Made by a program: the position numbers and the translations under genes | NCBI GenBank assembly: GCA_001004345.1 | Contig: LCQW01000001.1 | Coordinates: 1 to 63,676, forward strand | Direction of reading: 5' to 3' | DNA: 63,676 nucleotides | From: Candidatus Kaiserbacteria bacterium GW2011_GWA2_52_12 | GTDB lineage: Bacteria; Patescibacteriota; Minisyncoccia; Phycocordibacterales; UBA2100 | Shown: one piece after another, positions 1-9,631 of the stretch | How positions within the stretch are numbered: position 1 is the stretch's first letter | Layout: every line of letters begins with the position of its first letter | The notes under the pieces: generated by a model | What the model saw: only the letters and a program-made list of their open reading frames with translations | What the model was told of the DNA's origin: nothing | Database searches by the model: none

Positions 1-185
1 CATTGAATCATTCGAATTTCACGAAGAACGTCATTGTGAACATCATCCCCGTATTCTGCGAACCGGGCTCACCGGGGTGTTGAGAGGATGTTTGGAATAA
101 GAAAGCCGGAGGCAATTGCGCATTTTGTTGAGATAGTGCATACTCCATTCGTTCCCCGACGCACAAGCGGTTCGGGGCGAGAACT

Positions 186-650
186 ATGACAGCAGAGGAG
201 ACAGTTAAGAAGGCGCGCAAACCGCGCACCAAAGCTGCCAAGCCGGCAGACGGCTCTTCTGTTGCGCCAGGTTCGACCCCTTCGAAAAGTTCAGGGCAGG
301 CACACTCATCACAAGCCGCTCATCGTGCGAAAAAAAGCGACAGCATGCATCGTTTGCGTATTCGCGTGCGCGCGTATGAGCATGGCGTCTTGGACCTTTC
401 CGTAAAACAGATCATTGATACGGCAGCTCGGTACAATGCCGAAGTCATCGGCCCGGTGCCGCTCCCTATCGATATAAAAAAATACACGGTGAATCGCGCG
501 GCATTTATCGACAAAGATTCCCGCGAACAATTCGAAATGCGTATTCACAAGCGCATGATCGACATTTTAAACCCGGCTCCAAAAGTGATCGAGGCGCTCA
601 CCAACATTGACTTACCGTCGGGAGTCTCGATTGACGTAAAGATGATGTAG
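186..650 (+). CDS. rpsJ: 30S ribosomal protein S10 with ~54-aa low-complexity N-terminal extension
   Basis: RLRIRVRAYEH, GPVPLP, DKDSREQFEMRIHKR, LPSGVSIDVK. Confidence 0.97.
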   Translation: MTAEETVKKARKPRTKAAKPADGSSVAPGSTPSKSSGQAHSSQAAHRAKKSDSMHRLRIRVRAYEHGVLDLSVKQIIDTAARYNAEVIGPVPLPIDIKKYTVNRAAFIDKDSREQFEMRIHKRMIDILNPAPKVIEALTNIDLPSGVSIDVKMM

Positions 651-680
651 CTTACCACGTGCGACATGTGGTTAAAAAAT

Positions 681-705
681 AAAGCCCGGCATGCAGCCGG
701 GCTTT
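681..705. terminator. Bidirectional intrinsic terminator
   Basis: AAAGCCCGGC-ATGCA-GCCGGGCTTT between convergent rpsJ and a small ORF. Confidence 0.75.
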
Positions 706-719
706 GCTTTATTGTCACG

Positions 720-914
720 CTACTTGTTCTTCGGCGGGCGCTTCACCGGTTTGGTAATCGGTGGTGGCTTGGGACATTCGCTTAAGCGAACGACCCTTGT
801 CCCATCGGCGCAGAAGTTTGCGCCTTGGGAAGTTCCGCGAGGGCCAGCCACGGACGCCGTTGCAAGGAGGCCGAACGCCACCGCGATGATCGCCAAAGTG
901 AACAACCTTTTCAT
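720..914 (-). CDS. Small secreted protein (64 aa, 2 Cys, Pro/Lys-rich tail)
   Basis: AAGGAA SD-like sequence, then MKRLFTLAIIAVAFGLLATASVA signal peptide. Confidence 0.65.
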   Translation of the reverse strand: MKRLFTLAIIAVAFGLLATASVAGPRGTSQGANFCADGTRVVRLSECPKPPPITKPVKRPPKNK

Positions 915-1026
915 TTCACATTCCTTTCTTTCTTTGAACAACGATTCTTCCTGAATCGCAAGACCATTCTACGTTCATTTTATTATTTGTCAATGCGTGC
1001 GAGATTCAGACCCATACCGATGACCT

Positions 1027-1584
1027 ATGGGCTATCATGGTGGCATGTTGATCTGTATTGGCGGATTTCCCGGAAGCGGACGCAATCGCCTCTCTGAAGC
1101 GCTTGCGAATGCGCTCGATTTCCATTACTTCCGTTTGGCGCCATTTAAACAACACCCCTTGTTTATGCGCGAACACATCCTCCTACACAAGGGAGGGACT
1201 GCATATTCGGACGAATTATTACTGCGGATATACAAACACGTTGTTTCTCATTTCCGGCAACTGTCAAAAATGTATCCGGACATGATCATTAAAGATCATT
1301 TCACGCGCGAGGTTCCGCGCGAATTTCTATTTACGGAAGCAGAAAAATATTTCGGCCCGCCACTCATTATCTGGACGGAAAGTTCACAAGAAGAGTCAAC
1401 ATCGCGCCTGCACGAAGTCCTCGATACCAAGAAAAGGAAACTTGAAACGAGGCTCAAAATACAAGATGACATCCGTGCCCGCTTTGAGCCATTTACCCGG
1501 CCAGTGCATAGCGTGCAGTATATAAACAACTCTGCGGCGCTCGATCAGGCGCTCAATCTCGTTCGCGAGCACCGAGGTTTTTGA
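1027..1584 (+). CDS. P-loop nucleotide kinase-like (AAA_33-type) protein
   Basis: N-terminal LICIGGFPGSGRN, a degenerate Walker A. Confidence 0.6.
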   Translation: MGYHGGMLICIGGFPGSGRNRLSEALANALDFHYFRLAPFKQHPLFMREHILLHKGGTAYSDELLLRIYKHVVSHFRQLSKMYPDMIIKDHFTREVPREFLFTEAEKYFGPPLIIWTESSQEESTSRLHEVLDTKKRKLETRLKIQDDIRARFEPFTRPVHSVQYINNSAALDQALNLVREHRGF

Positions 1585-1647
1585 TGTGGCAGCGTGGGCG
1601 GAAGATTTCACTCGGGCCGATTGCGGGCTAAAAAGTCCTAAAATGTG

Positions 1648-3450
1648 CTATCGACTCTTTCTGCGCAGCAAACTGGTGCGTAACGAATTCGTCGCGACGG
1701 TATCCACGATGAGGTCGTCTGTGTCGATTGACCCACTAAACGCGACCCCATAAACCTTTGACGCTTTTTTGACCGATTCAATTCCTTCGCGTACGTCATT
1801 GAGTACACGCTTCGGATCGCGGCGCAACGGATTACCGTACCCGCCGCCGCTCCCATCGCGCCCGCGGATGAACTCGCCTTTTTTTAGTATCACAGTTGTG
1901 ACATTTGGCAGTCGCTTTTCTTTCCCGAGGCGATTGTATTTGAATGTTGTGCCGGCGGCGCCGTTTTTGCCACCACGTACTCCGCGCGGCGGGGCGAATT
2001 GTCCGTCGCAGGGGATTACAACCGTCATTGGATTTTTCCGCGTTGCATACACGATCTCCTGCGCGGGCGCGCCGCGGAATTCTCCCGCGCCGGCACTGTC
2101 TCGTACAATACCGACTCGCTCGATGAGGAACGGGTGTTTCAGTTCGTCGATCTCAACGCTGTCGCGGTACATCAATCCGGAGATGATCGGCATGCCGTAA
2201 TTGATCCATCCATCCGAAGTGGGTGTTGCGGGACCGCCGTTGTTGGAGATCATAATGCGGTTTACGTAGCGTTTTTTGTAGCGATGATCGATACCGGAGA
2301 CGACCGCCTGTCCGGCGCCAAGGCCGGTACCGCCCTCGGCGAGTCCGAATCCGTCGCCAAGCTGCGCGAATGCAGACTGTGTAATATTCACGAGGCGCTC
2401 GGCCAGATTTGTCGTTGCCGTCGAACATGAATGCGGAAACAGTGGTGAACCGATTACGCAATTTTCGGCGAAGGAAAACACAAGACGCCTGAATGATCCG
2501 GCGTTGCGCGGCACGTTGTGCAGATTATTGAATATCCCCGCAGAGACGGAGCTCATAGCTGCGGCGCGAGATACATTGAGACCGCATTCCACCGATGGGG
2601 GGTTGTTCCGAAGGTCCGCTCTGATGATGCCCCGTTTCGGATCGATATCGAGGATCACTTTCAATGTAAGTCCCTTGGGGAGTATGTTTTCGAGTGGATC
2701 GGAAGCCCCGGTATTTACCACTCTCGCTTTCGGCAGTGCTCTGATCGCGTCAGCCATTCGACGCTCCGAATGGTCGAACCACTCTTTCAGGAATTGCTGC
2801 GTCTTCTTCCTGCCGTACTTCGCGCACAATTCAGTGAGGCGCTTTTCAGCGATGCGGGCCGCGCCGAGGGTCGCAAGGTAGTCGCCGTACCATTGCTCGG
2901 GTACGCGTATACGCGCGCGGCACATTCGAATAATGTCGTCTTCATTTTTGTATGCTCGTTGGATCCTCACGGCTGGAAACGTGAGAGAGCCCTCCTCGTA
3001 GACGTCGCGCGCGCGAGGGGAATAGCTAGACGGAATTGAATTGCCAATATCTGCCATGTGCGCTTTTACGACACCGTAAAAAAGTATTTCTCCGTTAATA
3101 AATACTGGCACGATAATAGCGTGATCCGCAGGGTGAGAGTTACCCCCGTATGGATCGTTATCCAGGTATGCATCTCCTGGCGCCGTGTCCTTCGCGTGTA
3201 TCTTTGCGAGATGCTTCGTCTGAAGATGTGCGCCGAAGATATGTACCGGAAGCCCTTCGCCTGAAGAGACAAGCTCGTGATCCGAGGTCACAATGCAGCA
3301 AGAGAAATCGCGGCAACTTGAAATAACGGTCGATCTAGCGGCGCGCAGAAGCGTATTCGACATTTCACGCACGATGCCATCGAAGCGGTTGGCAATGATC
3401 GCCATTTCAATGATGTCGATTTTTTTTTCTGGACGTTTCTTTTTTATCAT
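1648..3450 (-). CDS. Hydantoinase B/oxoprolinase family protein
   Basis: RDFSC, NDPYGGNSHPAD, AHMADIG, DSAGAGEFRG, GGGYGNP; start moved to ATG 3450. Confidence 0.92.
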   Translation of the reverse strand: MIKKKRPEKKIDIIEMAIIANRFDGIVREMSNTLLRAARSTVISSCRDFSCCIVTSDHELVSSGEGLPVHIFGAHLQTKHLAKIHAKDTAPGDAYLDNDPYGGNSHPADHAIIVPVFINGEILFYGVVKAHMADIGNSIPSSYSPRARDVYEEGSLTFPAVRIQRAYKNEDDIIRMCRARIRVPEQWYGDYLATLGAARIAEKRLTELCAKYGRKKTQQFLKEWFDHSERRMADAIRALPKARVVNTGASDPLENILPKGLTLKVILDIDPKRGIIRADLRNNPPSVECGLNVSRAAAMSSVSAGIFNNLHNVPRNAGSFRRLVFSFAENCVIGSPLFPHSCSTATTNLAERLVNITQSAFAQLGDGFGLAEGGTGLGAGQAVVSGIDHRYKKRYVNRIMISNNGGPATPTSDGWINYGMPIISGLMYRDSVEIDELKHPFLIERVGIVRDSAGAGEFRGAPAQEIVYATRKNPMTVVIPCDGQFAPPRGVRGGKNGAAGTTFKYNRLGKEKRLPNVTTVILKKGEFIRGRDGSGGGYGNPLRRDPKRVLNDVREGIESVKKASKVYGVAFSGSIDTDDLIVDTVATNSLRTSLLRRKSR

Positions 3451-3481
3451 GAGCGATTTAACCTCTGCCTTGTCAAATGGT

Positions 3482-5572
3482 TCATAGGAACAAAATGTAA
3501 TTTCCTGACGCGGACGTTTTGACACTGGCCCCTCGCGGTATCACGATCGTGGTCGTGATCTCCTCGATGATTGCCGGTCCGGTAATGTGCGCCCCAGCTT
3601 CCAGCGTGTGGCCGCGATATATTGGTATAAGGTGTTTTTTTGCCGAAAAAACGGCTTTACGCCGATTTTCGGGCAAAGCGCGAACATTAGTGGCGCGTTT
3701 TGACCGTGGAACTGCACTATTCGCGAGGCGAATGGAAATACGACCGCGCCAATTAATGCACTCGACATCGCTTTCAGTATCGCGTACCGCATACACGCGC
3801 TCGTGCACGTTGTGAAAATCTTCGACCAGATCGCGCACATCGTTTTCGTTCTTGAAGAAGATCGACCGAAGTGGCGTATCGAGTTCCCAAACCTGACCTC
3901 GATAACGCGCTTCGACAAAAAATTCTTTTTTATAAGGAGCATCCGCGGCGCCTTTCAGTCCTTTGCGAAAAATTTCAAGCGTACCATTGATCGTGCGAAG
4001 CTGTGCGTTAACCGCTTTTTTGTTGAACGCATTAGACGCAGTAACCATACTGTGCGTCTCCTCAAAAACGATGTCCGAAAAATGCATGCCGCACGCTGAC
4101 ATCGTGCTCGCGGTTTTCGGTATGAGTACTCGTGAACAGCCGAGCTCTCTCGCGATCTCCGCAATATTGATTCCTGCCGCGCCGCCACCCGCGACGATCA
4201 CACTCTCTTTAGGATCGATACCCTCGTTGATCGTTATCTCTCGGATTGCCTTTACCATATGATCGCTCCAAAGGGCGATGATCGCTTCCGCCGTTTCGTC
4301 CGTCGATTTTTTAATTTTTTTCGCGAGATGCGCAATAGCGGCATGTGCCGCCTTGGAATCCAGTGCTATCCGCCCGCCGTTGAAGTATGCAGGATTAATG
4401 TAGCCGAGCACCACAGATGCATCGGTGACGGTCGCTTCAGTGCCGCCGCGCCCGTAGCAGGCGGGCCCCGGATTGACGCCCGCGCTCTGCGGTCCCACGC
4501 GGAGCATTCCACCATCGTCGACTTGTGCAATCGATCCGCCCCCCGCACCGATTGATCGGACATCGACGGAGGAAAGCGCAATGACGTGTCCGGTCTTGGG
4601 CCGGCCGAGCCAGCTATCGCGAGTATAGGTGAGTGTGCCATCGCGCACGAGCGCCACATCGAAGGTGGTGCCTCCGGTATCGCAGACGATGGCATTTTTA
4701 CCGAGACCCTCGATCTTTGTATATGCCTTGCCTGCAATGGGCGCCATCGCGGGCCCTGACCGAAACATGCGCACGGGCTCGGTTGCCATTTCATTTCCGT
4801 ACCGCACGCCGCCGTTGGACGTGCCGATAAGAAGTTCTCCCGAAAAGCCCGCATCGTGCAGATCACACCCCATTGATCTCAAGTGTTCCTGCATGAGAGG
4901 TTTCAACGATGCATCAATCGCCGTTGTCGAGGCCCTTCGATATTCGCGTACGATCGGGATGAGCTCATGCGACAGCGTGTAGGGGACATCCGGCATTTCT
5001 TCCTGAAGAAGTTTCGCGATCTTTTTCTCATGCTCGCCGTTTGTGATTGACCATAGGAGGCAGACCGCCACAGCTTCGAATTTATTTTCGCGTAATGTGC
5101 GTATGCAGGCGCGTGTTTTTTGCATGTTGAGTGCCCTCACGATCCCGCCTTCCGAATCTATTCGCTCGTCGATCTCGAATGTGTGACGGCGGGGAATATA
5201 GGGAGGAGGATAATCGTATGAAAAATCATGCGGATCGTATTTACCGCCCTCCTTGAAAAGAAGAATATCTTTAAAACCTTTTGTTGTAAGGAATGCGGTC
5301 TTTGCGGTCTTACCGGTTACGATAGCGTTGGTTGCATGCGTTGTGCAGTACATGAGGAGCGACGAGTGTTGCAGCACTTCAGGGGCGGAGAGGCCAATGT
5401 CGCTTGCGGCTACTTCAAGTGCCGCCCAGAATCCCAGAAATATCCGATTGGGTGTCGTGAGTGCTTTTCCAATCGCCACAATGCCGCTCTTGTTGGCGAT
5501 GACAACATCGGTAAACGTGCCTCCGGTATCAACCGAAATACGGTAGCCACCCGCTTTTGTGCGCACACTCAT
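3482..5572 (-). CDS. Hydantoinase A/oxoprolinase family protein
   Basis: VDTGGTFTD, SGPA, DTGGTTFDV, SIGAGGGSIA, PGPACYGRGG, TVTDA; ATG 5572 lies 6 nt after TACAAT. Confidence 0.93.
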   Translation of the reverse strand: MSVRTKAGGYRISVDTGGTFTDVVIANKSGIVAIGKALTTPNRIFLGFWAALEVAASDIGLSAPEVLQHSSLLMYCTTHATNAIVTGKTAKTAFLTTKGFKDILLFKEGGKYDPHDFSYDYPPPYIPRRHTFEIDERIDSEGGIVRALNMQKTRACIRTLRENKFEAVAVCLLWSITNGEHEKKIAKLLQEEMPDVPYTLSHELIPIVREYRRASTTAIDASLKPLMQEHLRSMGCDLHDAGFSGELLIGTSNGGVRYGNEMATEPVRMFRSGPAMAPIAGKAYTKIEGLGKNAIVCDTGGTTFDVALVRDGTLTYTRDSWLGRPKTGHVIALSSVDVRSIGAGGGSIAQVDDGGMLRVGPQSAGVNPGPACYGRGGTEATVTDASVVLGYINPAYFNGGRIALDSKAAHAAIAHLAKKIKKSTDETAEAIIALWSDHMVKAIREITINEGIDPKESVIVAGGGAAGINIAEIARELGCSRVLIPKTASTMSACGMHFSDIVFEETHSMVTASNAFNKKAVNAQLRTINGTLEIFRKGLKGAADAPYKKEFFVEARYRGQVWELDTPLRSIFFKNENDVRDLVEDFHNVHERVYAVRDTESDVECINWRGRISIRLANSAVPRSKRATNVRALPENRRKAVFSAKKHLIPIYRGHTLEAGAHITGPAIIEEITTTIVIPRGASVKTSASGNYILFL

Positions 5573-5679
5573 GGGTCGATTGTATCGGAGGCGCGGCACT
5601 TGCACCAAATACAAAGATGTTCCAAAAAAGAATTCCACCCATTCCGAAGAATGGGTGGGAGGAATCAAAAGGACAGGTG

Positions 5680-6711
5680 TTAGCGTTCCGTCACCCGCGA
5701 TGGGTCGACGGCGAAGAGGGGCGAAGGATCGACGAACGGACTCATGTCGGTCGGCGGATCCCGTACATCCTGCACGGTGCCAAGCCATGCGAGTTCCTCG
5801 GAGAGCCACTTTTTCATCTGTGGAACGTTGAGCCCCACCTTAAAGCTCGTAGTATGCATGAAGTGGTCGAGGTCGCCAGGCTGCAGATTGAGCCACGCTT
5901 CGAGCCTTTGCTGCGCATCGGAGGGATTCCGTCTCATATATTCCTCGGTCCGAATGAGTGCGCGCAGCAGATTTTCCACGGCCGCCTCATTGCCTGCGAG
6001 CTTTTGCTTTGTTGAGACCACATTGAACGCGAGCGTATAGAGTTTTGGGTCAACGAAGACCTTTATTGCCCCGCGATCTCGCACGACTCGTCGTTCAACT
6101 TGATTTCTATACGCTCGTTTGGCTGTCGCTACGAAGGGATCCCAGAGTACTGCTGCGTCAATGTCGCCCCTAATGAGCAGATTGACGAGATCGGCCGGTT
6201 TCCCGTCGATGAGCGTCACGTCCTTTGGAGCGAGATTCGCTTTAGCGAGTAGTCGCGAGAGATAAATCTCACCGACCGTGTTGCGTACGCGACCGATCCG
6301 CCTAGCTCGAAGTGTCGAGGGCTCGGCGGTAATGCCGGTTTCGCTGAATGTCACCAGCTGGACTTGCTGATCGGAGAGTATCGTAGTCGCAAGGACTACG
6401 GGCTGCTGTCCCGATGCAATAAGTGTGACGACGGGCGTTACGGCGATCGTCGCTAGCTCGGTTCCCGCACGAGAGCGGAGTGCGGAGACTGCGTCGGGTC
6501 CTGCCGCCACCGGCATGATCGTGACCAGCGCATTTTCGCTTCTAATGTAGCCGAGCATTTCGGCCAGATGCGTCACGGCGCTGTACGAGATCGAGAGCTC
6601 CGCCATTTGTAGCGCCTTTTGCGCTGCCGCTTCGCGTGCGGATATACCCGTGAGCGCGAGCGACGCGGAAATTGCGATTGTTATCGCGACCAGTCGAATC
6701 GGTATTTTCAT
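5680..6711 (-). CDS. ABC transporter substrate-binding protein (SsuA/TauA/NMT1-like)
   Basis: Signal peptide from MKIPIRLVA; GDIDAAVLWDPF. Confidence 0.85.
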   Translation of the reverse strand: MKIPIRLVAITIAISASLALTGISAREAAAQKALQMAELSISYSAVTHLAEMLGYIRSENALVTIMPVAAGPDAVSALRSRAGTELATIAVTPVVTLIASGQQPVVLATTILSDQQVQLVTFSETGITAEPSTLRARRIGRVRNTVGEIYLSRLLAKANLAPKDVTLIDGKPADLVNLLIRGDIDAAVLWDPFVATAKRAYRNQVERRVVRDRGAIKVFVDPKLYTLAFNVVSTKQKLAGNEAAVENLLRALIRTEEYMRRNPSDAQQRLEAWLNLQPGDLDHFMHTTSFKVGLNVPQMKKWLSEELAWLGTVQDVRDPPTDMSPFVDPSPLFAVDPSRVTER

Positions 6712-6832
6712 TTCAATATTCCTTTCATTTGCATCTGTCCGGTAGTATAGGAAATTTTCTCGGCCTGTGCAACACATAGAGTCCTTAATGAAAAATCCCG
6801 CCCGTTGAAATGGGCGGGATATATAGTGGCAA

Positions 6833-8443
6833 TCACTTGGAACGGTTGTACTCCGCACGAAGCGCATCTGCAACCAGTTTTTTTTGCGCGGTGAATTCAC
6901 TCGTAAATTCACGGTTCCCCGGCTTCATATTCGTTCCGGAGAGAAATACCCGCGCATCGGCGCGTGTGCCGATGCGCACCAGATCGCCGATCAGGAGGGC
7001 TTCGTCGATATCATGCGTGATGAAGAGTGCGGTGATGCCGCCCCTCACATTTTCGGAGTAGAACTCTTGCATGGACCTTCTTGTGATCGCATCAAGTGCC
7101 CCGAATGGTTCGTCTAAGAGAAGAATTGTCGGCCGATAAGCGAGCGCCGAGGCTATGGCCAAACGTTGTTTTTGGCCACCGGAGAGATCGGCCGCGAGTG
7201 TGTGTGCCATGTTCAGAAGATCAAAGCGGTGCAGCATATCGCACACGCGCTCTTTGTCGCTCATGCTCGGGTGCGGTACTCCAAGCATGGCGTTGTCCCA
7301 TACCGTCATATGCTCGAACACCAACACTCCTTGAAAGACGACGCCTATTTTTGCGCATGGCCTTGTGAGGATCTCATGACCGATCTTCACTTCACCTTGG
7401 ATGGTGAAATTGGCGGACATGAAGTGGCCAATGGAGCGCATGAGCGTCGTTTTGCCGCATCCACTTTGACCGACTATGGAAAGCGTAGTGCCAGCGGGTA
7501 TGGTAAACGTTACGTTCTCGATGACCGGCACATTGCAATAACTCGCAAAGAGCCGACATATCGAGAGCGTCTCCGTCGAGTCCGCGTACACATGTGCGTT
7601 TCCGGAATCGAGTAACCCGACGAGGCGCCGCACTTTTTTCTCAAGCAAGTTCTCGCGGAGCCGTGCGATCTCGTTCCACAGGACCCTGAAGAATTGATCG
7701 AGCAGCAGTCCGATGAGCGCCATGATAACGACCGATGCCATCATGGTCGCGAGATCACCGACGTCGTACGAGCGGAAGATACGATTGCCTATGCCTTCGC
7801 TCCACCACCGGCCTGTCGAGCGCTCGTATACGCCGCTCATTTCTACGACCGCGACAGCTATGAGCGCGAGCGAGAGTGATGCACGGATAGCCGTCATGAT
7901 CTCCTTATGGATCGTAGGGATAATGACGCTGAATAGTTTCTTAAACCGGGAAATATTCAGCACCTGCAATCGCCAATCAATACGGTCAGAGATATTTTTT
8001 GCCGCATCATGCACGATGATCCACGATACAGTGCATGCGACCCAGCCGATGAGAAAAAATTTTCCCGACTCTTCGATGCCGAACACGAAGAGTGTGAGCG
8101 GCAAGAGAGCAATGAATGGAATGCCGCGGCAAAAGACGAAGAGACCCTCGAAGGTAAAACGAGCGAAATGCACGCGGCCCGTGAAGAGCCCACATGCGAT
8201 ACCGGCCGTCGTGCCGAGCGAGAATCCGATCGCCCAGCGTGAGAGTGAGACGAATATATCTTGGCCGAGCGTTCCGCTTTTCGCTTGGCGGACTACCGCC
8301 GAGCAGATCTCGGCAACGGTAGGGAAGCCGAGCGTAAGCGCGAGTGTTTGAAGCGCGACCCCCAAGAGAATGATGGTGAGCGCAGCCTTCACTGCGCTCA
8401 CCAGGAAACGTCTGCCGAGCGGCAGAAGTGTGGCTGTGCGCAT
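6833..8443 (-). CDS. Fused ABC permease + ATPase (SsuC/TauC-SsuB/TauB-like)
   Basis: N-terminal TM helices; GQSGCGKTT, LSGGQKQR, LLLDEPFGALD, THD. Confidence 0.9.
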   Translation of the reverse strand: MRTATLLPLGRRFLVSAVKAALTIILLGVALQTLALTLGFPTVAEICSAVVRQAKSGTLGQDIFVSLSRWAIGFSLGTTAGIACGLFTGRVHFARFTFEGLFVFCRGIPFIALLPLTLFVFGIEESGKFFLIGWVACTVSWIIVHDAAKNISDRIDWRLQVLNISRFKKLFSVIIPTIHKEIMTAIRASLSLALIAVAVVEMSGVYERSTGRWWSEGIGNRIFRSYDVGDLATMMASVVIMALIGLLLDQFFRVLWNEIARLRENLLEKKVRRLVGLLDSGNAHVYADSTETLSICRLFASYCNVPVIENVTFTIPAGTTLSIVGQSGCGKTTLMRSIGHFMSANFTIQGEVKIGHEILTRPCAKIGVVFQGVLVFEHMTVWDNAMLGVPHPSMSDKERVCDMLHRFDLLNMAHTLAADLSGGQKQRLAIASALAYRPTILLLDEPFGALDAITRRSMQEFYSENVRGGITALFITHDIDEALLIGDLVRIGTRADARVFLSGTNMKPGNREFTSEFTAQKKLVADALRAEYNRSK

Positions 8444-8521
8444 TATATTGTTCCCTTTTGTGTCTCATTGAGACCTAGTGCAACACTATCAGAATGAGAA
8501 GCATGTCTCAATCGTCAGTGG

Positions 8522-9631
8522 TCAAATAAAATCGTTGACGGGATCGTGGTATGCCGCCAAACTGTGGTCGCGCTTAAAGCCCTCGGCACCCATGTCTTCT
8601 GTGATCTGTGTATAGGGGCGCTGATACAAAAGCAAAAAATAACGAGAAGCGTGTTTGATTTTATTGTCACGATACTCGGCATCTTTTGTGTATTCATAGA
8701 TGAAATCTTTGACGATCCATTTGTAACTCTTCCAGGTACCTTTGATACGTTTGTCGAGATTGTTCATGCTCCAGAGCTGGAATTCCTCGGTTGCGAAGAA
8801 CGGTGCGTAATGTGTTCCAAAGTATTCGGGAGTGATCTTTTTGATATTTCGCGGACCGGCGTAGGAGAGAATGAACATATGGACGAGCTGCCATTTGAGA
8901 CAGAAATTGATCCACCACAGACGGTCGTGGTTCGTGATGAGCGGTATCGGCGCAACGGCGGCCAGCTTTTCAAACATGTCGATATAAAAGTTGGTTATAG
9001 CGCCATCTCCGGTGAGCGCATTCCATGTCGAGAAAAATGTGTCGCGGTTGTATGTTGCCTGAATGACCGATTCTCCATACATGTTGATAAATTTACCGCA
9101 CATATCGGATCCAAAGAGCTGATCATTGGATTCGCCATTCACGATGAGATGGTTTCCGCCAAAAAGGAAATACGGTGCCATGATGCCGGGTTCGACTCGA
9201 ATCTTGCCGTGGATATGATCGCGGTAAAAATCGGGATATTCCGTTATCGATTCTTCCGACAGTATGACGACGATATTTTTCTTTTGCTCCGGCGTGGCGT
9301 TTTTGAAAAGAGATACCAGCACACAGGTTGAATCGATGCCGCCGGACCAAAAGACGTATATCGTAACCCCCATTTTTTCTGCGCGTGTGAGGAGCTCTTT
9401 AGCGCGCTCATCGCAGATCTCCCCATAGGTTTTTTTTATCGGACGGAACGCAGGCATGGGGAACAGTGATTTCACTCGGACGGGCGTCCGTATCGTTTCT
9501 GTACGGTCGACGAACAGTACACCAGTGCCGTACATCTTAAAAAAATACGAAAATGTACGTATGCCGGCTAGTGCGGCGTTTATTTTATGCGGAACGATAT
9601 TGCAATCATAATAAACAAGATGATCGCTCAT
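8522..9631 (-). CDS. PP-loop (adenine nucleotide alpha-hydrolase / Asn-synthase-like) protein
   Basis: VFWSGGIDST PP-loop; NGESNDQLFG resembles the Asn synthase GEGADELFG motif. Confidence 0.7.
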   Translation of the reverse strand: MSDHLVYYDCNIVPHKINAALAGIRTFSYFFKMYGTGVLFVDRTETIRTPVRVKSLFPMPAFRPIKKTYGEICDERAKELLTRAEKMGVTIYVFWSGGIDSTCVLVSLFKNATPEQKKNIVVILSEESITEYPDFYRDHIHGKIRVEPGIMAPYFLFGGNHLIVNGESNDQLFGSDMCGKFINMYGESVIQATYNRDTFFSTWNALTGDGAITNFYIDMFEKLAAVAPIPLITNHDRLWWINFCLKWQLVHMFILSYAGPRNIKKITPEYFGTHYAPFFATEEFQLWSMNNLDKRIKGTWKSYKWIVKDFIYEYTKDAEYRDNKIKHASRYFLLLYQRPYTQITEDMGAEGFKRDHSLAAYHDPVNDFI

